DNA of 64,000 nt, taken from Octopus sinensis (lineage: Eukaryota). Under the pieces are notes generated by a model. That model was not told the origin of the DNA. It saw nothing but the letters and a program-made list of their open reading frames with translations, and made no database searches. The position numbers and the translations under genes were made by a program. Location: the NCBI RefSeq assembly GCF_006345805.1, contig NC_043025.1, forward strand, positions 12,028,001 to 12,092,000, given 5' to 3'. Below are positions 22,701 through 35,542 of the stretch, in pieces (within the stretch, counting starts at the first letter, position 1; every line of letters begins with the position of its first letter).

Positions 22701-25663
22701 AGCATATAAGAGCATTTTGAGCAGCACAATAATGATGCTGCTAAATGATTCTACCTTGGATGATGATGGTGATGGTGACGATGGCAATGATGGTGACGAC
22801 GATGGCGATAATGATGATGATGATGATGAACCTCCTCCTCCTTTCTACCAAAGGCACAAAATTAGGGGGAGGGGATTAGTCGGTTACACCAACCCCAGTG
22901 TTTAACTGGTACTTATTTTATCGACCCCGAAAGGACGAAAGGCAAAGCTGACCTCAACAGAATTTTAACTCAGAACATAGTGGCAGGTGAAATACCTCAA
23001 AGTGTTTTTGCCCAGTGTGCTAATGATTCTGCCAGCCCACTGCTCTAATAATAATAATAATAATAATAATAACAACAACAACAACAACAGTAGTAGTAGT
23101 AGTAGTAATAATAATAATAATAGCAAAAGAATTTGACAAGCTCAGAAAATATAAAGACCTGCTCATTGAAATTGAGAAAATGTGGCATCTCAAGGTGGTT
23201 ACAATACCAGTGATCGTAGGAGCAGTAGGAATGATCAAGAAGGGAACCGAAAATTATATGAGAATGATCCCTGGCTTACCATCCCTGCAAGAAATGCAAA
23301 AGATTGTCTTAACTGGTACATCACACGTATTGAGAAGAGCATTGTCGATGTGAGAACTATTACTACCCATGTATTTTAATTTAACTTTATTTCTTTCAAA
23401 AAAAAAAAAATGAACGAACTAGTGAGTTTAGTTTAATGGCCTACCAATGTATACTATGAGTTTCTTTGCCCTAGGAGTCGGGAAGACACTCGGCAAGAAA
23501 TGGAAGCAAATTTGAAAGAAGAAGAAAAACCCATAAATAATAATGGTGATCTTATTTTCACTCTCTTCTGTATTGTTTTTTTTCCAGAGGAAGAGTGGAA
23601 GCGCTATTACCAGTCCTTGTCGGAGGGTTTCAATGCTGTAGGATTTCTTTATGAACAACCTACCGATTCTTCTGTACCAGAAGATGAAGATCAAGAACTA
23701 AACGGTGAGCAGCTTTTATTATTTATTTCAAAGAAATTTCCCTTTAAAAGAAATTTCCCTAGGGTCAATTTGTTCCACTGAAACCCTTCAAGGTGGTACT
23801 CCAGCATGTCTGCAGTCAAATGACTGAAACGGGTAAAAAAATAAAAGAATGTGTGTATATACTTATGTATATACAGGGTGTTTGGCCTAAATTTGACAGT
23901 TTTCATAAAAAGAAAAGTAAACTTAATATACCATCCAAAAATAAAATTATTTGAAAATATCCAAATATCAATTAGATCAAGTGAGGTCGTTGCCAGTGCC
24001 GCTGGACTGGCTCCTGTGCAGGGGCACATAAAAAGCACCATTTGAGCGTGGCTGTTGCTAGTACCACCTAACTGGCCCCCGTGCCGGTGGCACGTAAAAA
24101 GCACCCACTACACTCTCGGAGTGGTTGGCGTTAGGAAGGGCATCCAGCTGTAGAAACACTGCCAGATCAAGATTGGAGCCTGGTGCAGCCTTCTGGTTCG
24201 CCAGCCCTCAGTCAAAATCGTCCAACCCATGCTAGCATGGAAAGCGGATGTTAAACGATGATGATGATGGGGTATGAAATGTAACAAAAGACAATTTGGA
24301 TGTTAAGATGATGTTGGGATGGGAACATAACAAAAGACAAATATTATTTTATACTAGCAACACCGGGTCATAATGCTAGTGCATGCATATACAGCTGCGT
24401 GCGTGCGCACATACACGCGAGTACTGTCCAAATCTCCGACCAATCACATACAGCTAGCTGGCATTCAATTGGCGTATCAAGTTTCGGGCATTTTCATTGG
24501 GTTTTGGATAGAAAATTCCACAAAAAAGTCACTTCTATTGATTTTTTAATGGCTTTGCGGGGAGACTGGGGAAATATATATTTAATGGGTTTGCGGGGAA
24601 ACTGGGGAAATGTAAAGATGTGTACGACCACCCTTGGACGGTTTTCAATGACCATAGAAAGTGCAAACCCTCTAACTGAAAAATTGTGGGTTTGTATAAA
24701 GGACACACACACACACACCCAGACATTTTGCTGTTTATATATAGAGAGATTACTAATTATTAAGTCTTAATGTTTGTATTTATTTTCACGTTATTCTTGT
24801 AGCTGCTCTTGAAGCTGCAGTTGAGAAGTTTGTGCCTCCAAAAGAACTTCAAGTACCACCGGATATTGCAATAGTAAGTGTTCAATAAATTAGAATTGAG
24901 TATTACCCTCTTCTTCCTCTTCCTCATCATCATCATTTGATATCCGTTTTCCATGCTGGCATGGGTTGGATGTTTGACTGGGCTTCAATTGTCTGTTTCG
25001 GAATGAGTGTAGTGGGTACTTTTTACGTGCCACCGGCACAGGTGCCAGGGGAGGTTGGCAGCGCCCACGATCGGTTGGTGCTTTTTACATGCCACTCAAG
25101 GCGGCGCTGGCATCGGCAACGTTCGGATGGTGCTTTTTACGTGCCAGGGGAGGTTGGCAGCGCCCACGATCGGTTGGTGCATTTTACATGCCATCGGCAC
25201 AGAATCCATGTTCGGATGGTGCTTTTTACGTGCCACCGGCACAGGTGCCAGGGGAGGTTGGCAGTGGCCACGATCGGTTGGTACTTTTTACATGCCACTG
25301 GCACAGAAGCTACTCAAGGCGGCGCTGGCATCGGCCACGTTCGGATGGTGCTTCCTGTGGCTGGATGCCCTTCCTAATGCCAACCACTTTACAAAGTGTA
25401 CCGGGTGCTTTTTATGTGGCAGCGACACCAAGTAACTTGCAAGAGAGAAAAAAAAAATGCCCCCTCCCCTCAAAGGATTCTTTTCTTTTGCAAGTTACTT
25501 GGTGACCCTGACAGTGCAGGTGCCACTTAGAAAGCATCCAGTCCACACTGAAAATTGGTCACCATTCGGAAAGGCATCCATCTGTAAAAACCTGGTCAAA
25601 ACTGACCTCACCTATGCTGGTGTCAACGCAACACAACACAGACTTCAAGGAAATAACCATATA

Positions 25664-25697
<34 letters not shown>

Positions 25698-28600
25698 CAT
25701 CAATATTAATAAAGGGTAAAATTAATTAATCAATTAATAATTTTACCAAATAGTTTGGTATGTTAAAAGAACTATTATCAGTTATACTTTATACAAAAAT
25801 TCTATAATTATATATATATATATATATAGGCGTAGGAGTGGCTGTGTGGTAAGTAGCTTGTTTACCAACCACATGGTTCCGGGTTCAGTCCCACTACGTG
25901 GCACCTTGGGCAAGTGTCTTCTGCTATAGCCTCGGGCTGACCAAAGCCTTGTGAGTGGATTTGGTAGACGGAAACTGAAAGATGCCCGCCGTATATATGT
26001 GTATATATATATATATATTTATGTGTGTATGTTTGTGTGTTTGTGTTTGTCCCCCTAGCATTGCTGGTGTGTTTATGTCCCTGTCACTTAGCGGTTCGAC
26101 AGAAAGAGACCGGTAGAATAAGTACTGGGCTTACAAAAGAATAAGTCCCGGGGTCGATTTGCTCGATTAAAGGTGGTGCTCCAGCATGGCCGCAGTCAAA
26201 TGACTGAAACAAATAAAATAATATATATATAGTTAATGTTTTGCTTGTCTGTATGTGTTTGTGTGTTTGTGTGTTTTTCAACACACAGACAGTGCAACAC
26301 AGACTTTAAGAAAAGAGAGGGAGAGAGTGAAAGGTAGATAGATAGGCTGTGTTGTGCCAATAGTAACTCGCAAGTTTTGATTTAAAATGCGGTAATTTTA
26401 AGTGCAAGTCTGTCAACACAACGCAACAAAATCTTCAAGAAATATCTATATGTATGTATATACATAATACATATAGTTATGTTTTTGGTAGTTTGTGTGT
26501 ATGTTTTTCTGTATGTCTTTGAACACACAGACATTGCAACACAGACTTTAGAGAAAGGCTTTTACTGTAATGTCAAGTTGTTGTTATTGAGTGAGAGAAA
26601 GAGAGAGCGTGTGAAAGACGGAATTGAAAGCACACGTTGTTCATCATCATCATTGTTTAACGTCCGTTTTCCATGCCAGCACAGGTTGGACGGTTCGACC
26701 GGGGTCTGGGAAGCCTGGAGGCTGCACCAGGCTCCAGTCTGATCTGGCAGTGTTTCTACAGCTGGATGCCCTTCCTAACGCCAACCACTCCGTGAGTGTA
26801 GTGGGTGCTTTTTACGTGCCACCTGCACAGGTGCCAGGGGAGGTTGGCAGCGGCCACAATCGGTTGGTGCTTTTTGCATGCCACCGGCACAGAAGCCACT
26901 CGAGGCGGCGCTGGCATCGGCCACGTTTGGATGGTGCTTTTTACGTGCCACCGGCACAGAAGCCAGTTAAGGCGGCGCTGGCATCGGCCACGTTTGGATG
27001 GTGCTTTTTACATGCCACCGGCACAGAAGCCACTCAAGGTGGCATTGGTATTGGCCACGTTCGGATGGTGCTTTTTACGTACCACTGGCACAGGTATCAC
27101 AACTACTATTTCCATTTGATATTTATTTCGATGTTGATGTACTTGACTCAATAGGTCTCCTCAAGCACACCAGGTCATGTGCCACTGGCACAGAAGCCGG
27201 TCAAAGCAGCACTGGCATCGGCCACGTTCGGATAGTCAGTGTGATTCATTGTTGGAGGCCCCTGCTGTAGGATTTATTTCACCTTGACTAGATCATTACC
27301 TGGTGGCGTAGCTACAGGTAACAACTAGTATACATTAACACCAATCTAACCCCTGTTTTATTTCTGTGTATTTACAGCCGGAGAGCAACAAGATCAATGC
27401 CATTATCGAAAGAACTGCCAACTTTGTAGTGATGCAGGGGGGACAAATGGAAATCATGCTGAAGACAAAGCAATCCTCAAATCCCCTCTTTGAGTTCCTT
27501 AACATTGACAATAGTCTTTGTCCCTATTATAAACACGTCATAAAGATGATAAAGTCTGGGAAATATAAGCCAATTATTGAAAACGCTCCTGATGATGAAG
27601 GTAAGATTTTATTCTGTTGCCGGGGTCCACTTTGTCTTTTTTGTTACCATAGTAATTAATTTGGCTGACGACCATATAACTTCCTTTCTCTCTGTTTCTC
27701 TCTCTTTCTCCATCTGTTTGTCTCAGAGAGACAGACAGACAGATAATTAAGGCGGCGTGCTGGCAGAAACGTTAGCATGCCAGGCGAAATGCATAGCCGT
27801 ATTTCGTCTGCTGTTACGTTCTGAGTTCAAATTCCGCCGAGGTCAACTTTGCCTTTCATCCTTTCGGGATCGATAAATTAAGTACCAGTTATGCACTGGG
27901 GTCGATATAATCGACTTAATCCGTTTGTCTGTCCTTGTTTGTCTCCTCTCTGTGTTTAGCCCCTTGTGGGTAGTAAAGAAATAGGTATAAGTCCTGGAGT
28001 CGATTTGTTTGACTAAAGGCAGTGCTCCAGCATCGCCACAGTCAAATGACTGAAACAAGTAAAAGAGTAAAGAGAGTATAGCCTCAGGCCAACCAAAGCC
28101 TTTTGAGTGGATTTGGTAGACGGAAACTGAAAGAAGCCTGTCGTATATATATATGTGTGTGTATGTTTTGTGTGTCTGTATTTGTCCCCCCCCAACATCG
28201 CTTGACAACCAATTCTGGTGTGTTTACATCCCCGTAACTTAGCGGTTCAGCAAAAGAAACAGATAATTGTATGGTTAGGATGTTGGGCTCACGATCGTAA
28301 GATTGTGGTTTCGATTCCTGGACTTGGCAATGCATTGTGTTCTTGAGCAAGACACTTCATTTCATGTTGCCCATTTTCACAGGACTTTGAACTCTTTACT
28401 TTCCAAACTTTAAACGATGATGATGATGAATTAGATGTGTGTGTGTGTGTGTGTGTGTGCTCACCGTTGTTATGTTACCTCAGACCATTGTTTTATCCGC
28501 TGTCCTATGTCTTGTACAAATGTCTTGTTTCCATAAGTTCTGAATTAAAATCTTCCACCAAACCTTAGTCACAATTAATGGTCTCTGACACTAGCTGAAT

Positions 28601-31600
28601 GATAACTAAGTTATTTTACTAAATTCTTTGTTATATTTAAAGTAATTGAAAGAAACACAGAGCATCTCAACAGAAATATGGTAACAGAAGGGTTAAAATA
28701 TATAATAGAGAATCAATCCTTAACCCTTTCGATACCAACCTGGTTGAAACCACTTTTGGCTCTGAGTACAAATGTCTTGTTTTCATAAGTTTTGGATTAA
28801 AATCTTCCACCAAATCTTAGTCACAATTTATGTTCCTAACACTAGCTGAATGATAACAGAAGAAATATGGTAACAAAAGGGTTAAGATATATAATAGAGA
28901 AACAATTCTTAACCCTTTTGATACCAACCTGGCTGAAACCACTTCTGGCTCTGTAGTACAAATGTCTTGTTTTCATAAGTTTTTGATTAAAACCTTCCAC
29001 CAAACCTTAGTCACAATTTATGTTCCTAACACCAGCTGAATGATAACAGAAGAAATATGGTAACAAAAGGGTTAAGATATATAATAGAGAAACAATTCTT
29101 AACCCTTTTGATACCAACCTGGCTGAAACCACTTCTGGCTCTGAGTACAAATGTCTTGTTTCCATAAGTTCTGAATTAAAATCTTCCACCAAACCTTAGT
29201 CACAATTTATGTTCCTAACACTAGCTTAATGATAACTAAGTTATTTTACTAAATTCTTTGTTATATTTAAATTAATTGAAAGAAACACAGAGCCTCTCAA
29301 CAGAAATATGGTAACAGAAGGGTTAAAATATATAATAGAGAATCAATTCTTAACCCTTTTGATACCAACCTGGCTGAAACCACTTCTGGCTCTGAGTACA
29401 AATGTCTTGTTTTCATAAGTTTTGAATTAAAATCTTCCACCAAACCTTAGTCACAATTTATGTTCCTAACACTAGCTGAATGATAACTAAGTTATTTTAC
29501 TAAATTCTTTGTTATATTTAAAATTAATTGAAAGAAACACAGAGCATCTCAAAATAAATACAGTAACGAAAGGGTTAATGTTGTTTCTGTTTTGACCTGT
29601 AGATGGCGGAGAGGACCAGCACAGTTACCTCCATCCGCTGTTGAGCGTGAAACCTGGCAAAGCCGAGGCCCGCAAACCCATCAAACTTCCTGCTGTTGAC
29701 ATGCACAATACTGCTTATGGGGATCTCGTCCGATCCGTGAAGGCAGCCACGGCACGACATCAGAACGCTAAGAAGAGGTAAGCCATATAAAGTTGTCGAG
29801 CTGGCAGAATCGTTAGCACGCCGGGCGAAATGTGTAGCCGTATTTCGTCTGCCGTTACGTTCTGGGTTCAAATTCCGCCGAGGTCGACTTTGCCTTTCAT
29901 CCTTTTGGGGGTCGATAAATTGAGTACCAGTTACGCATGGGGTTGATATAACCGACTTAATCCGTTTGTCTGTCCTTGTTTGTCCCCTCTGTTTAGCCCC
30001 TTGTGTGGGTAGTAAAGAAATAGGTATTCTGAGTTCAAATTCCGGCGAGGTCGACTTTGCCTTTCATCCTTTTGGGGGTCAATAAATTAAGTACCAGTTA
30101 CGCACTGGAGTCGATATAATCAACTTAATCCGTTTGTCCCCTCTGTGTTTAGCCCCTTGTGGGTAATAAAGAAATAGGCATTTCATCTGCAGTTACGTTC
30201 TGAGTTCAAATTCCACCGTGGTCGACATTGCCTTTCATCCTTTTGGAGGTCGATAAATTAAGTACCAGTTACGCACTGGGGTCGATATAATCGACTTAAT
30301 CCATTTGTCTGTCCTTGTTTAGCCCCTTGTGGGTAGTAAAGAAATAGCCATTTCGTCTGCCGCTACGTTCTTTGTTCAAATTCCGCCGAGGTCGACTTTG
30401 CCTTTCATCCTTTTGGGGGTCAATATAATCGACTTAATCCTTTTGTCTGTCCTTGTTTGTCCCTTCTGTGTTTAGCCCCTTGTGGGTAGTAAAGATATAG
30501 GCGTTTCGTCTGCCGCTACGTTCTGAGTTCAAATTCCACCGAGGTCGACTTTGCTTTTCATCCTTTTGGGGGTCAATAAATTAAGTACCAGTTACGCACT
30601 GGGGTCGATGTAATCGACTTAATCCGTTTGTCTGTCCTCCGCCCATTTACTTTGCTCTTTGTGTATGTATGTCTCAATTCTTTCTTCTTCTTCTCCGTAG
30701 TAAATCCAAAGATGCCGAGACCTCTGACCAGAAACCAACGGTGTCCCCATTCCTATCCGAACCGATCTACCCTAACAACGTACCACCTCCACCCGGAGTG
30801 GAACCGGTTACCCTACCCCCTGCTAATCAACCCGAGCCCCCGGGCACTGATGCCAGTCTCGTATCTGGCCCTTCTGCTGAAACCATCGACCAGGCAGAAA
30901 GTACAGTATATGGGTAAGTAGTTTTAGTTTTATTTATATATTTATTAGATCAGCCCAGCTGTAGCAATGGCTCTTTTGTAGTTTCACGAAGGATATTGTA
31001 TAGGTTGCAGGTATGGCTGTGTGGTGAAGAGATTTGCTTCCAAAACATGGCTTTTTGGGTTCAGTTCCACTGCATGGCAATTTGGGCATCTTTTACTATC
31101 ACTCCAGACTGGCCAAAGCCTTGTAAGTAGATTTGGTGGATAGAAACTGAAAAAAAAAGGCGGCGAGATGGCAGAAATGTTAGCACGCTGGGCGAAATAC
31201 TTTGTGGTATTTCAAACGCCACTGTGTTCAGAGGTCGACTTTGCCTTTCAGCCTTTCGGGGTCGATTAAATAAGTACCAGTTACGCACTGGGGTCAGTAT
31301 TATCGACTTAATCCGTTTGTCCCCTCTCAATGTAGTCCCTTGTGGGCAGTATAGAAATAAGAAAACTAAAAGAAGCCTTTCGTCAGCGCTGCCCTGACTG
31401 GCCTCGTGCCGGCGGCATGTAAAAAGCACCATCCGTTCGTGGCCGTTTGCCAGCCTCGTCTGGCACCTGTGTCGGTGGCACGTAAAAAGCACCCACTACA
31501 CTCACGGAGTGGTTGGCATCAGAAAGGGCATCCAGCCATAGAAACATTGCCAGATCAGACTGGGCCTGATGCAGCCTTCAGGCTTCCCAGACCCCAGTTG

Positions 31601-34600
31601 AACCGTCCAACCCATGCTATATGTATGTATATATATATAATATGTGTGTATATATATTTGTGTGTCTGTTTGTCCCCCTTCCATTGCTTGACTACTGATG
31701 TTGATGTGTTTATGTCCCTGTAACTTAGTGGTTCGGTAAAAGAGACCAATAGAATAAAATACTAGACTTACAAAGAATAAGTCCTGGGGCTGATTTGTTC
31801 GACTAAAGGTGGTGCTCCAGTATGGCTGTAGTCAAATGACTGAAACAGTTTTAAGAAAAATAATATATATATATATTGTTTGTATGTGAAATGTGCATGT
31901 AAATATATATGTGTTAAGGGTATGCTTGTCTGTGGGGTACTCAACCACTTGCATGTTAATTTCAAGAGCAAGCTGTTCTGTCGATCACATCAACTGGAGC
32001 CCTCATTGTCATAACTGACAGAATGCCAGTTAGGGCTACTGGATCTTTTCACCTCAACAGTCGTCATTGATTGGTTGAAATTGCCGAAATACGAGAAATT
32101 AAACAACAAATATCTTACAAACTACAGAATTTTCTCAAGAAAGCCAAGAGAAAAAGATGTTTTATTTGACACATTCTACCAGTATACGAAGTTTAAAAGT
32201 GTTTAGTTACGTGGAAATTATTTTAAAAATCTGCCAGTCAAAGTGAAAAGATCCGGGCTACTGTAACACATATACTGATAGTAAAGTGTGTATATTGTGT
32301 ATAGCGCTATTGTAGAATGTATTGGACGGAAGCACTCTGTCGGTTACGACGACGAGGGTTCCGGTTGATCCGCTCAACGGAACAGCCTGCTCGTGAAATT
32401 AACGTGTAAGTGGCTGAGCACTCCACAGACACGTGCACCCTTAACGTAGTTCTCGGGGATATTCAGCGTGACACAGAGAGTGACAAGGCCGGCTCTTTGA
32501 AATACAGGTACAACAGAAACAGGAAGTAAGAGTGAGAGAAAGTTGTGGTGAAAGAGTACAGCAGGGATCAACACCATCCCTGCCAGAGCCTCGTGGAGCT
32601 TTTAGGTGTTTTCGCTCAATAAACACTCACAACGCCCGGTCTGGGAATCGAAACCGCGATCCTACGACCGCGAGTCCGCTGCCCTAACCACTGGGCCATT
32701 GCGCCTCCACTAGAATGTATACAGTGAGGTGTGTATAAGTAATTGTTCTGCTGATGCTATTGTTTTTTTTGTTTGTTTCAGTGAAAATGGTTCGCCAAAG
32801 GGCCACATCATACCCCCACCGCCTGATGTCCAACCCGTTATCGACAAGATGGCCCTCTACGTCGCCAAGAATGGTATTGAGTTTGAAATAGTGGTGAAGA
32901 ACAAATGCGACCCTCGATTTGAATTCCTGATGGAGGATCACCTCCACTTCCCTTACTACGAATTCAAAAAGAACTTGCATATGAAGGTTTGTTAATTATT
33001 TTCATTGGGGTCCCTGGATGGGCGGTAGTGCAACCCTCAAATACTATGTGGCTAAAAAGTTTGTTCTGCGCTCATATAGTCCTAGGTTTGTCCCATTGCA
33101 TGGCACTTCAAGACGGTCTTGTCACTTGTAGTGGCCTTGGGGTAGGGATATTTGGTTGATGGAAATTGTGTTAAAGCCTACAGTATGTGTGGATGGATGG
33201 AAGCACTACGTCGGTTACGACGACGAGGGTTCGGTTGATCCGAATCAACGGAACAGCCTGCTCGTGAAAATAACGTGTAAGTGGCTGAGCACTCCACAGA
33301 CACATGTACCCTTAACGTAGTTCTCGGGGATATTCAGCGTGACACAGAGAGTGACAAGGCTGGCCCTTTGAAATACAAGGTACAACAGAAACAGGAAGTA
33401 AGAGTGAGAGAAAGTTGTGGTGAAAGAGTACAGCAGGGATCACCACCATCCCCTGCCGGAGCCTCGTGGAGCTTTAGGTGTTTTCGCTCAATAAACACTC
33501 ACAACGCCCAGTCTGGGAATTGAAACCGGGATCCTACGACCGCGAGTCCGCTGCCCTAACCACTGGGCCATTGCGCCTCCACAGTATGTGTATGGGGCCA
33601 GGGAATGGTTTAGAACTCACTTTGCAGTTACAAGGCTTCTGGTTCAATCCTAGTGGTACCAGTTGAGCTCTGGGATAGATGTAATCGACTTACTCCCTCC
33701 TCCCAAATTTGCAGGCCATGTGCCAAAATTCGAAATCACCATCATCAGAGAAAGAGAGTGAGTGTGTGTGTGTGTGTGTGTGTGTGAAAGATAGACAAAC
33801 AGGTAGTGTTGCAACCATAGTAACTAACAAGACTTTCACTATATCACAGCGTATGTGCATGATTAAGAAATAGTTTTACAGGCAGTGATACAACAGATAA
33901 GGACCTAGTATAAATAATAATGGATCTTCGCCAGAATTTCTGCCCATAAGTTTTCAGATATTTGATCAGCTCAACTAGCTACCAATAAAAATGGCAGAGT
34001 ATTCCACAAACACATGTACTGACCTCGAGCAAAATAGGTACCAGTTGAGCTCAGGGATAGATGTAATTGACTTACTCCCTCCTCCCAAACTTGCAGGCCA
34101 TGTGCCAAAATTCGAAATCACCATCATCAGAGAAAGAAAGTGAGAGAGTGTGTGTGTGAAAGATAGACAAACAGGTAGTGTTGCCACCATAGTATCTAAC
34201 AAGACTTTCACTATATCACAGTGTACGTGCATGATTAAGAAATAGTTTTTCGGGCAGTGATACAACAGATAAGGACCTAGTATTAATAATAATGGATCTT
34301 CGCCAGAATTTCTGCCCATAAGTTTTCAGATATTTGATCAACTCAACTAGCTACCAATAAAAATGGCAGAGTATTCCACAAACACATGTACTGTTAACGT
34401 GATTCTCAGGGAATGGTTTAGAACTCACTTTGCAGTTACAAGGCTTCTGGTTCAATCCTGCTGTGGTACCTCGAGCAAATATCATTTTCTCTATGGTCTC
34501 TGGCCAATACAGGACTCGTGAATGGAAGCCTCTCACATCGATTGAACCTGTAATTCAGAGATGTAACTCTGTCACATACTGTATCATGCTAATTTCAGCT

Positions 34601-35494
34601 GAGAATTTTAATAATTATTACCTTTGAAGGTTCTTTTTTTCCATGCTGACCACTTGATAAAATCGTTATTTTATTTTTACATTAACGACCTTATCCTTAT
34701 TTATACAAACTATACACACACACACATATGCACATACATGTATACATACACACACACACCTTCGGGGTGGCGTCATCTAAGGCTAAAACAATGCGAAGCG
34801 CATTGTGACCAGCGATGTGTAGCAACATCTGATAGCGTGATCACGATGATATATATATATATATTCACACATATGCACATACATGTATACACACACACAC
34901 CTTCGGGGTGGCGTCATCTAAGGCTAAAAACAATGCGAAGCGCATTGTGACCAGCGATGTGTAGCAACATCTGATAGCGTGATCACGGTGATATATATAT
35001 ATATATATTCACACACACACACACACACACACATATGGACATACATACATACATATACACATACACACCTGTGTGCATGCACCAGTCTGACCAGCTTCTG
35101 TTGTTTTCTGAAACAGGAATTTGAGCAAGAGAAATCCAAATCCGAAGAGCAGAAGGCCTTCCAAAATAAAGGGGTTAGTTTCTCAATAAAGCCCAAGACA
35201 AAGGAACAGGAGAGTGTGTCATTTGAGAAGCGACCCGTGTTCAGCTATGAGAGCAGTGAAGAAGGAAGCGAAGTGGGTAAGTGAGGTCCTTGTTTAACCC
35301 CTTAGCATTTAAATGGGCCCATCCCTCTCTCTCTCTCTTTCGGAGAGGCACTGAGCAGCTATACGCACCCATACACACACGGCAGTAACTCCCACCTACC
35401 GAATTCAATCACAAAGCTCCGGTCGGCTCGGGGCTATAGCGGAAGACACCTACCAAAGTGCTACGCAGTGGGACTGAACCCAAAACCATGTAGC

Positions 35495-35542
<48 letters not shown>

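Noticed and set aside
28724-29574. CRISPR-like repeat-spacer appearance (also 14860-15700, 52668-52790)
   Set aside because: Eukaryotic locus, spacers are not unique, no cas genes; explained by MITE and minisatellite arrays.
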